From assembly GCA_040954595.2 (NCBI GenBank), contig CM082592.2, forward strand, positions 3,116,735 through 3,180,734: a stretch of 64,000 nt of DNA, written 5' to 3'. Every line of letters begins with the position of its first letter. Position 1 is the stretch's first letter. Source of the DNA: Balanoglossus misakiensis (lineage: Eukaryota; Animalia; Hemichordata). Both the position numbers and the translations under genes were made by a program. Positions 13,045 through 24,200 of the stretch are shown here, one piece after another. The notes under the pieces are model-generated. The model had not been told where the DNA came from. It saw only the letters and a list, made by a program, of their open reading frames with translations, and did not search any database.

Positions 13045-16000
13045 ATGGTAGAAGCATCGACCTCTATTTTGCTTGGACTGTTGGTTATTATTTCAACTGG
13101 TATGAAATGTGACGCCAACCGTAGCCAGTCAGGTAAGCATACTCTGTTACTCTCGTAATACGCACAGAAATTGGCACGAGATTTGGTAAATTGTATATCG
13201 ATTCTGAGGTGCTACAACAAGACATTCCGACTTGGTCAATATTTGTCACTGTGGTTTGGCGATCGAGTTGAGTCGTATGTTCCAGGGGGTGGAGTATAGT
13301 ATTAACATCTTCGCTACTATTGAACCAACTGGAAGAGGTCGGTCGACCTTTTTACCATCAACATTTCTTTAACCCAGTTTTGGCGGTAAACGGAACACTA
13401 TAAACTACTGGGTGCAGTTGATCGACAACGCAGTCCGACTGTCCATATTCCACCCCTGACGCAACATTCGGCTGTCAGCGCTCATTTCATTGTGTGTATT
13501 AGACTCTCTCACAGCCCCTCTCGTCGTCCATGCAGGCTTATGGACTGATTGTATGTGTGCCCGGCGCTACACAACACCATATGGGGCTTCTCCTTTGCTA
13601 AACAGTTGAGGGCGCATCAGTGAAGAGCCTTGTAGCGAACCGTGGGCAGTGAGAGAGTCTATGTGTGTATATACCGACAATCGTGCCGGACAGCCTGGCG
13701 TGCGTGCAAACATTAACGACTCAATATTACAAGAACAAGATAATCATTGCCAATTGTTGTGAGATGTATTTTATTAGCAAATCTGAAATTTGATTAGCCC
13801 AATTTGGTAGACTGACTTTTATATTTTCATCCAACGTCTTTTAGAACCTATAGTATGGTTTAAAAATTAACCTGCTTTTTTTCCGTTCTTTGACTTTTGT
13901 GCGTGTTACAGGTTGCGAGTCCGGTTGGGACAGTTTTAAGGACAAATGCTACTACGCGTACCAGTTTCCGCTGTATACCTACGATGAAGCAAGGACGCTG
14001 TGCATGGCAATGGGAGGTGCATTGGCGAAGATAAACAACGTCGAAGAGGATTTGTATTTGAAAGGTCGGTGACCATGTCAGATGAACAACATTGTTTTGG
14101 TCAGATTTTATCTGAATCGTACAAAAGAAAATTATTCAGAACGTATAAAGCAAAATCATGTGTTAATCAAACATTTTTCTCTGCCAAAAGAGCTTCGCCA
14201 TTAAATTACAACGAGACTCATACTAGTAATTTACGTATAATTTAGTAAATTTATTGGAGAAAATTCAACTTTTAGAAATCAATCTCTTTTATCGCAGGGT
14301 ATACAGAAGACAAAGTTAACATGTGGCTGGGTGCAAACGATCGTGAAAATGAAGGAACCTGGATGTGGGAAGACAATACCCCGGTGAGTCCTTGTGTTAA
14401 TGTATAGTTATTATTTGGGGCCGTACAAGATCCATGACAATGTAGACGTGATTATCTAAGGGGAATTACGCGGACATGTTTGAATGGTTTGGAAAAAGCA
14501 CCCATCCCAGTCGTTTTGAAATGGTTTAATTTCCTCTTGTCTCTTCAAGTCGGCGAGGTTAAAGGTCAAAATGTACCCCACCATTTTCGTATTACAACAA
14601 TGCAAATAAAATTGTACAGAGAGTGTGCCTAGTCTCGGTTACCCAGACTCCTTCGCGCGGGCTACCTTCTGGCTTTGGCGATAGCCCGCGCGAAGGAGTC
14701 TGGGTAACCGAGACTAAGAGTGTGCCATGTAAAGAAATCTACAGCAACACATCCGGGTATGTCGTGCGCACACAACACCGTAGGTTCCTTGATTCCAGAT
14801 GTTAACAAATAAACAAAACTGTTAAGAATTTCATTGCAAAGCAATTCACATATCGGTGCATTTGTAATTAGCAATAGCAATGTCTCCTTGAAAGACGTCA
14901 ATCTACGCACGTGTTTACACGGCGCTGGCCTATGACACAGGAAAAGTCCTTTTCCTCTGTATATACGATCGCGACTGTGCACACATGTGCACTCCAGCCG
15001 TCAAACACAGACATACAGACAGACATATAGACAGACGGACAGAAATACAGACGGACAATCCAAACCAACCAACCAACCAACAAACAAACAAACAAATAAA
15101 TAAATAAACACACACACATGGCATATGTAAGTAAGCGAAGTAGGCGATTTCTTTACCTCGTGTCAACTTAAAATCGAGAAAAATATCCCTCTCAACTTTT
15201 TTTGCAGATGACGTACACTAATTGGAAAACCGGCCAACCAGACAACGCTGACAATGTCGAACATTGCTTGCATTTCTACCATAAATATCATGCGAAATGG
15301 AACGATGCCAACTGCGACATTCTCATGGGGTTCATCTGCGAAAAAGAACCACGTAAGTGTATAACTCAAAAATGTTATGCCATGCCCAAGATTACAAATA
15401 TTCATAGTTTTTTTCCATAGTGCTTATCCATACTGTACAGCAGTAGTTTAATGCACCTTGAATTCAACCGTGATACAGAAATGATTCGATAAGTAGATCA
15501 AAGGGCGCAAATTTCTGATTGGTTATTGTAAAAAGCGCTCTATAACTAGTATCTGCTATGATTAACATCGTAGTCGTAGATTTAAGCTTGTTACCAAAGG
15601 GATATTTTTTCTTTTGCATGACGATTTTCTGTTCAAAGCCATAATTTGGTGAATTTATACATTTTAATACGAATCTCTCTGTCACATTGCACAATTAGAT
15701 GCAGTATGTGTTCACTAAAAAGCCTACATCCACACAGAAATTGATTTCCCAGTTTGGCCAGAGTGGGTAAACGCTCATTTCAGCTCCATTTTTACATTGT
15801 AGGTTCTCCAGCAGATGAATTGTTGTGCGCAGTCTCCGCTGTTGGCTTAGAGAGTGGCGACATACCGGACTCGCAGATAACGGCCAGTAGTCACTGGCGT
15901 TACGACCACATGCCCCACCAAGGGCGACTGAACTACGTGGGAACCGGGTCGGATTCTTGGAGTGCCTTGCAGAATATCGCCGGACAGTGGCTGCAAGTTG

Positions 16001-17352
16001 ATCTCGGTTACGAGAGACTAGTAACAAGAGTGGCGACCCAGGTGAGTCATTGCCGTAACAGAACAGTGACGGGCATGTGGACTATTTAAAAATCTACCAT
16101 TTCTCTCTCTCTCTCTCCCCCCCCCCCTTCCTCTCTCTCTCTCATCCTCTCCCCCCCTCTACCCCCTTCCCTCTCTTTCCCCTCTCCATTCCTCTTCCCC
16201 TACCTCTCTCTCTTCTCCCCACTCTCTCTCGTTCCCCTTCTCCATCTTCCTCTCTGCTCGTTCCTCCTCTCTCTATCTCTTTCTTTTGCTCCCCTCTCCC
16301 TCTGTCTGTCAGCCTCCTCTCTCTCCCTCCCCTCTCTCTCCCTCCCCCTCTCTCTCTACATCCATGTAGGTAGAGGGGAACATCTTTATATGGGCAAGGT
16401 TAGGAATGAATAAAGGCGACTGCTGGAGTCTGCGAAATTGTCCAATTTTTTACGCGGGCTTTTACGGAGAGGAATTTTCTAAGAGTGGCAGCATCTAATG
16501 ACTGGCGCCCTCATTGTTTACATGTCAACACACAAACTTCAAAGGCACAAGGTGGCCATTGAAGTGTCATGATAGAAGCCATTCGCGATGTTCTCATTTG
16601 ACCTCACATTTGATGAATCCCACGCTACATATAACCATAACACACAAATGTCTATTTGGTATTTATAGGGACGTTCTGACTGCTGTGACCAATGGGTGAA
16701 GACGTTTCATTTAAAATACTACGACGGCGGTGATTGGAAATATGTTGCAGACGAAAACCACTCGCCCATGGTAAGTGTTAGAGTCGTCACACCATTTAAT
16801 ATGACATTGCTAGGGAAATACGTCTTCAATTTTCTCTCTTACAAGTTAAGTGACACAAAACGCACTTCTCGCATCATCGAAAACATGTTATCACAAACCA
16901 GCTGCTGATTTCTAAACTGTACAAGATCGCAGATTTCACAATAGTCCAAAGATGGTAATTTTAATGATTTGTGAAAACCTTTTTCTACCGTCTCTCTTAT
17001 CCATACATGTACGTGTCCAGGCTTTGTTCCTTTCTCGTTAAATTTTATAAACGCACGAACCCCTTTCATAAGTCTAGCGCCCCCATGCATCCATCCTGAA
17101 TTTGAACTCAAAGCGAGGTCATTTAGGGAAAGATGACCTATCACATCAAAGATGTTTCCCTCAAGAATTGCGAAATCTCTTCAACCGAGTGTTCTTTTCA
17201 CTTTCCAGACTTTCCAAGGGAATTCCGACAGGAACACGGTAGTCTACCACAACTTGGTCGAAAACTCGTTCACCACTCAGTATGTCCGATTCTATCCCCT
17301 GACGTGGGAGGGCCACATTTCAATGAGAGCGGAGGTCTACGCATGTGAATAG
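13045..17352 (+). CDS. Secreted C-type lectin domain + F5/8 type C (discoidin) protein, QPD-motif paralog (318 aa)
   Basis: Seven coding exons (13045-13132, 13912-14064, 14298-14383, 15208-15352, 15803-16041, 16669-16770, 17209-17352; 957 nt), all GT-AG and in frame. Same architecture as the minus-strand copy, but exon 4 reads YTNWKTGQPDNADNVEHCLHFYHKYHAKWNDANC. Confidence 0.92.
14630..14716. mobile_element. 87-bp hairpin MITE, TAG...CTA termini, 10-bp TSD
   Basis: tagtctcggttacccagactccttcgcgcgggcta + loop + perfect reverse complement. Flanked by agagtgtgcc at 14620-14629 and 14717-14726. The site is empty in the left arm (~8050-8062). Confidence 0.9.
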
Positions 17353-17769
17353 AACCACGGGAATGTGACATTTACTAGTTAAGGATATCCGACGAGGAAT
17401 CGTCATTTTATAAGTATTTTCTGAAGGATATAGAATGTTTTACTCCTAAATTCTACAATGTGTTTTGTAAAGCTGAGATACTGTAGAAGGTTCTTGCACT
17501 CACTTTTAAAGTTCCCGGGATTAAAAATTCACAACCGCTGTCGAAAATCATTTTACCTTAGACTTACCCTTGAAAGTATATATTTTCAATTCTGCAATAA
17601 TTTTACATTGTTGTCTATACAGCAATGACTAGTCGTTACTTATTCAAATAATGTGATTAGAAATCATAGTTGACAGAGCTGATTCAATGTCAATGAGGTA
17701 TACGGTAATAAAGGAAAGTTTGGCAGATTAGCAATTAATTACCGACATTAGTTACGCGAAAAAAATCCA

Positions 17770-18240
17770 TTTTGGTGGTTCTGGCGTATAGGCCTATATT
17801 GAGGGAGAATTCCTTCGCCTTCAGTCTCGGTTGTATCTTCAGCTAGTCAACAGTAGCATTTTTTGTAAGTACATTATTTCAAGTGTACATGTACGAGCGT
17901 TTGTTAATTCGATTTCTTTTGACAATGCTTTGCATAGGGGCGCCTGAGTTATTAACGAAATTGGATTTTGAGTATACAAAGTCCGCGCGTTAGGTCCCAC
18001 ATACAACCGCATACAATGTCTGTCGAATTATTGTTGGACATATTTCACAAATTTAACCTTTGAAGATTTTCACCTTTCCGTTTGGTGTTTCAGACCAGGT
18101 GTTTAAAGAAAAGAAAGTGTCAGTATGTAGGCATTGCTAAAGTGAACTCAAAGTATTGTATTGTAACATTTGGCGATATGAGTTACTAGTATTTTTGTAT
18201 TGTACACACATAATATCTTTCCCCTACCAAACTACCAAAA
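17770..18240. mobile_element. ~470-bp insertion specific to the right arm, with short imperfect TIRs
   Basis: Absent at the homologous left-arm site (~5046). Ends read ttttggtggttctgg / ccaaactaccaaaa. Confidence 0.5.
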
Positions 18241-18574
18241 CGTCGGCATATATTGAAATTTAAAGTATATGTCTTTAGTTATTTACTCGGAGCATTGTTA
18301 AACCGTTTTTATTGCGCGGACTACTATAATGACACTTTACAAAGTTTGTCAATAAACTTCAATATTATACAGGGAGCTTTTGTAGTCTTTGATATATTTC
18401 TAACACTGCTAGACCGTTGTGGATGAAACGTGCGTCTGACAAATACATCATTTGTTCACTGTCTGAACCGAACCCTGACTAATCTGGAAACCTGTCTAAA
18501 CTGAACTCCCTTTCCAGTCCCCTTCAAATAAAACGATATGTCAAGTGAATACATGTATATGTAAACCAGACACC

Positions 18575-19642
18575 TCTTGCTCCAAGACTGTGTGATACTG
18601 AAAATGAAATGCGCGTCCGTTACGTATAGAACGTCCTGTGGACGCGACGCTAATCACACTGGCGGCGCGTCGTACGAACGAAAGTTCCATTCCTTATCGA
18701 CAGCGACTGCCATAGAGTCTACTTATATACTAGTATAAGAAACAATATTATGTCCCGACGATCATTGCGTTAACTTGGAAAAGGTACAATTTCGAGCAAA
18801 ATAATGCACAAAGTACATAGTTGGAGTGGAAAGTCAAGGTAGAACTCCGAAGTGAAATTCAAAATTACACATTCTATAAGACTCGAAGTTGAAAGCCGAA
18901 TATACTTGAAGTTAGGTGTTTTTTCTCCTTCCTGCTTTCAGAGTCATTTGATTACGTCGTAGGGCTTGCCTTTTCATAGTACCCAAACCGGGCGTCTGAT
19001 TTAACGATATCAGCTTGTTTATATTATTTCTAGGCAAAATAAATGATATGAAGGATCAAACGCCAGTATGAGAGCCACTTGGGTATCAAAACGCATCTCA
19101 GTGCTCAAGTATTTATCAAGTGGGTCTTCCTGGACCTGTTACTCCTTCCAGATTTTTTCAACGAAATGTAAGTTCTGTTTCCTGTTGTTAAATATATACA
19201 CCGGAAAGGATAGAACTTTTAATATCGTGGATTCGTGAACTTTGGACTGAATGGGTGACCTTCGTCGAGGGGCTGTTCCTTCACGCTCCACCGGTTTGTA
19301 CTAAACTTTGGACTGTATGAATGACAGACAGTCTACGAAGTAAAAATGTACTCCTTTCTGCAAATGGTTGCTGTAACAGGGTGCCTCGCTTGAGGACATG
19401 AAGTGGCAGTTGCATTACTCAAAAAGTCCCCTAACCGCACGCAGTATGCAGAGATTCGATTTTTTTCCCGAGTGGTGTCTTTTCTAAGCTGTGTTCGCGT
19501 CTAAAATACGTTTTTGACAATATCGCCCATGAAGTTATGGGATCTAACGCGCTTTAGGTAATCCAGTCTATAACAACACAAATATATCGATACTGTTATG
19601 TCTTGAATCCGTTGCTGAGATTCGATTGGCCAGACGATGACT
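18575..19642 (+). repeat. ~1.07 kb direct repeat, copy 2 (abuts the outer end of the right arm)
   Basis: Near-identical to 10990-12076. Confidence 0.95.
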
Positions 19643-21288
19643 ATCGGTGCCTGGGTGTGTTGCGATAGCTCCGCGCGCACCAACACCGAAGACATTCTGG
19701 ATTACCAAGAATCCAAAGCATGCAAAGCGTATACATGTAACTGCTTGTTTAGTTCAACGATCAGTCTTCCCTGTTTGCGGTGTTTTTTTGTCTTAATAAA
19801 TGTACATTAGTATTTGAAGCCCATAGACTTGGAGCAAGTCTACTCTTTTCGCAATTCTGTGAAGATTTCAAGAAAATGACTATTGTAACACCGTTTTCTC
19901 AAATTTCTACATGTAAGGCTATGGAATGTGATAACCAGGCACTGCATCTGGGTAGTTATCTAAATAGTAAAACACATGTCATCAAAGCCAATGACGTCAT
20001 CAGCATGCTCAACTCTTTGTCAGATTTGAAACTTCACTTGTTAAGCAAGGAGAAAGGAATTTATAACAAGGAGACAAGTTTATCGCAGCTGACATAATAG
20101 TAGACTCCCTGCTAACGTTTGAAGTGGATTCAAGTGTAGGATCGTGTCAGAGAATGCATGTAACAAGAGCATGCAAGAAACTACACGCACGCATCCATTT
20201 GATCTAGATTGGCTGAGAGGGCGCTATATAGTTATGTGGATGTTATACGTTGAGCGCATAGCAACGTTGTAACTTTGCTTCACTACCAATCATATTGCAA
20301 ATTTGGCTGTGATTTCGTTAAGTCATTGGGATGTGTTTTGTAAATTCTTTAATTTCTGTTTATATGAAGTGCGAAAAACCTTCAGAAGTTGTACAATGAC
20401 CTCCCCTGGATACAGATTCCACGGCGTTACTATTGTAGTTTGCCGATCAACCATTTCACCTAAACTGAATACGTGCTGTAAACATTACTCGTTGACAACA
20501 ATTAACATCGAGTGGGAACGGAGGAGCGTATCGCACCCTATTTCAAATGAAGGTTTCCATTGTTCAAATGAATTAAGAATTTCAGCTGGTTTTACAGAAA
20601 TCTCTATACCTCTAAAGACTTTTACGTAACCACTGTTGATTTTAATCTTCTCTGTGCATCTTAGACAAATCCCTAAAAAGCCAGGGAAATATGGCAGCCA
20701 ACCGTAATCAATGCGAGAGAGTCGGCATTTCTTAAACTTATCAGTGTTTGCTGAAAATCCACGCACCTTTCTGCAAGTACAATTCTGACGGAGACGAACA
20801 TAAGGGGTGATGATTTTGTCAGCTGCCATCTTTCAATTGAATGAATGTTGTAAGGAGTTGTGCCTTTGATACAGAATCGATGTCATAACTACACCTCGGT
20901 TTGAACAACATAAATGACGTGCATAGATGTTGATTGCGGTGGCGAATACACCCCCGTTCTAGAATGGTTCGGGCCATTTTTCCTGGCAATATTTCATCCG
21001 CAACAAATAGGCTTGTTGGTGCAGCAGGGGAAATGAACAGGGCGTCGCCGCCAGCTAATAAGCAAATGGATGTCTCAAATAGCGCCTGTCAAATCATATC
21101 TGGCTAGAATGTCATCATAATGTTGGGTTCGTTTACATGTCAGGAAGTGATATACAGTAATGGAGAGTTGTAGATCATCATCCACAGTGACGAGACAGTA
21201 CAACAACATCTGGTGAATTCGAAATGCGGTTATCATCACGTGAGGTCATCGACAGAAACAACCGGTACCCGCTCCCGTCAATCAGTGA

Positions 21289-24200
21289 ATGGAGAACAAC
21301 ACAACAATAAGTATAGACACAAGCGCGTTTGAAGAACCATTTTGTTGCGAAATTATGGACACGTCAACTGATGAGCAGTTTAAGCGTCTCGAGGACATTG
21401 GAGATTTTATCAGCTGCAGTGACGGAATCGGAAGCACGGCAACGCCGCCAGAGGAAATCTTCACAGAGGACGCAAATACGACGGGAAACATCGACAGATA
21501 TGATGCAGTAGAGTCGTGCACTTTTGAAGAATCTGGCGGTCAGACATTACTGACTCATGCGCTATGTACTATACCATGTGTTTGCACTCAGGCAGACAAC
21601 TGGGGCTTAGCTGGATGGATGCCGAACTTATTCGAAGACGACACTGTTAAGTTGAAAAGAACAAAGCGAAGACCGAAATTCCCTTACAGACTCGCCTACA
21701 GCACGTATAGAGAACCTCCCTATGTGTTTCGTCATTACTCCGATGTGTCCAAGTATATCGAACAATATAGGTATCACCACACAAGGGGAGATATATGTAA
21801 AGACAACGAGGAAAAATTAATTCTAGGTTATAATGTGCCAGATCCGTATAGACCTAAACTGCATCGCTTCAGGTAAGGGTCATCTGGTATTTGACGTATG
21901 ATTTTTTTTAAAGAACCAAACCTTTATTTTGTTTGGAATAGAATAGATTTGGCTGAAACAAAAAGAGAACAGACAGAAAAGATAGAAAAATGGGCCTATA
22001 AAACATTTAGCGACCGATAGAAACGAATGGACGAAGCAGATTTTGTATTACACTATTCCAGATCATTCGAAAACGCCATTTTCGATGTGACGTTCAAGTG
22101 CATATGTGTGCGAGAGAGCGATATTTTACTGCTTTTAAAATAAATTTAGAATCAGTAAGAAACAGAGAACGCTTCAAATGCGTCACTGTCAGCAATGAAA
22201 TTTGCGAATGCTGTGGTTGGGTGCTTCGTTGCCTAGAGCGCAAACGACAACACGATCTAAGGTATAGCAAAGTATTATCTGAGCGTTTGTAGATATTGCA
22301 AGGTGTACTAGTCGACGCTACCCGAAACCACAAGCTCAGTCGCAAATTCGAAACTCGCCTCACTACCAAAAACACGCTAAAGGCAAGCATGCACGCAAAA
22401 AGTATTGAAATTATTTATTAAGACAAAAAACCACCGAAAACACAAAAAGTATTGAGATTTAAAAATCACCAAGCGACTAGTGGGCTAGTCTATCCAAGCG
22501 TATATACTTTCCGAGTTGTGTTACTAGTATATTGTCATCATTGGTGTATTGATAAACGTGATTAGTGTAATCCCCGTATGTCAATGCAAGAACAAGATGG
22601 TCATTATTTCTGAATAGGAATGTACAATACCGACTGAAGGACAATGAACGACGTCTATCAACTCACATTTCCTGTCCATTTCAAATTTATACGTGTACAT
22701 TTCCGCTAATTCAGTCTAATTCCTTGTCACACTCAACACACAATAAAAACAGGGACTCGTGTTCAAATTTACACGGATATTTTACAAAGATCTGTCCGGC
22801 GTTTGCATATTTTCACATATAATCATTTTGCGAATACTGAACATTTCAAAACCAACATACTGCTGTGTGTTAATAATTATGTTACTATGGCAACGGAATT
22901 GCCATGCGCTCGTCCTCGAGTGGTTAATTGCGCGTAAGCTCATTTAATCTTGGAGTGTTCCGATCGCAGTAACAGACTATGCGATGCATATCTAACGTAG
23001 AACGGCATATTCATTTTTTAATATTCCCCACTACATTGGAACGATACAGCAGCCAATGATATATTGGTTAAAAAGCTTGGGGTGGAATACAGACGCGATA
23101 AACCTGGTTAAATGAAGCCCTCTGCCAGTCATTCCACTTTGAGAAATTTGACTGGATCTTCAGTATAACTGTACTCTGCTTTTTCGTAAATGCCTGCGAG
23201 TGTGCCTACATGATAATATATCGTAACAAGACTTCAAAGCGAAATGTAAAGGAGTCCTTAGATACTAGTAGGCCTAACCTCAAAATGTGAGGAAGAACCA
23301 TTTTGTGACTTTCTTCAACACATGTCTGAAATGAACATAAGAATTTAACTCGTCTTTTGTTAATCGGTACAAATTGGACTTCTGTTATGGATTGACTCGC
23401 GGTGATATTTGCCAGGAATTTCCAGCCAAGAAGTAAACGTGGCTTACAGCACGGGTAAATAGTTTTACTAGCTAGTTCTCCGATCGTTATTTACTCGGAC
23501 CGACTTTGGTTTTCTCACTGCTTTGTCTGACTCGAACGTTGTTGTCATGGTGACGACAGTCTTGAAATGTAAACTGTGAAGTTAACGTCCATGTGGTCCG
23601 TGATGCTTGACCGTAGTGTTTAGCTTCCATGGCAACGAACTGGCGAGATTGAATGGCATCATATATTCACTCTAACAGACTCGCAAACATACAAACGTAC
23701 ACAATTGAATGGTCGGTTTCGCCATTCTTAACTTATACAGTAACTGTATGGGTTGGTGTATCAGATATCGATGTTTGTCTGGAATGGAATTGCATCAATG
23801 TTAGATTTTCATTTTAGATTTGGAGTCCTAAAACGTTGTTCATCTTTCTTCGTCTATCTCCATCCCCGTCTTTGTTCACGTTTTTCAGTGTTTGAGTAGA
23901 CTGACCAATGTGTAGAGTGACCACTACACTGGTCCCCCTTTGTATTGACGTCGACTGACACCTGTTTGAGTTGCTACCTCTGTTTGTGTAGACGGACCCG
24001 GCCATGATTCATGAACGCCCCCAACCCTCCATGTTTGTGTAGAGAGAACTCAGAGAAAATTGTATAGACTGACCTCTATTCGTGTTAATAGGCTGGGATT
24101 TGCTAACTTGAAATTATGTACTTAAATGTTTAGAGTAAAGACATCTGATATGGCATTCGTGTATAAAGCACAAGATGTCGACTCTTTTACAGGTGCGCAC

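Larger units (their letters stand above)
12076..18577 (+). repeat. Right arm of ~6 kb inverted segmental duplication
   Basis: Mirror of 4739-10570. Carries extra insertions at 14630-14716 and ~17770-18240. Confidence 0.95.

Noticed and set aside
10990-19642. LTR retrotransposon with 1.08-kb LTRs carrying the lectin gene
   Set aside because: No TG...CA ends, primer-binding site, polypurine tract or TSD seen. The interior is an intron-containing inverted copy of adjacent DNA, and the junctions show microhomology instead.
20485-20829. 114-aa minus-strand ORF with several Cys
   Set aside because: No recognisable domain or splice partners. The start context aagatggc also matches a common YY1-type motif.
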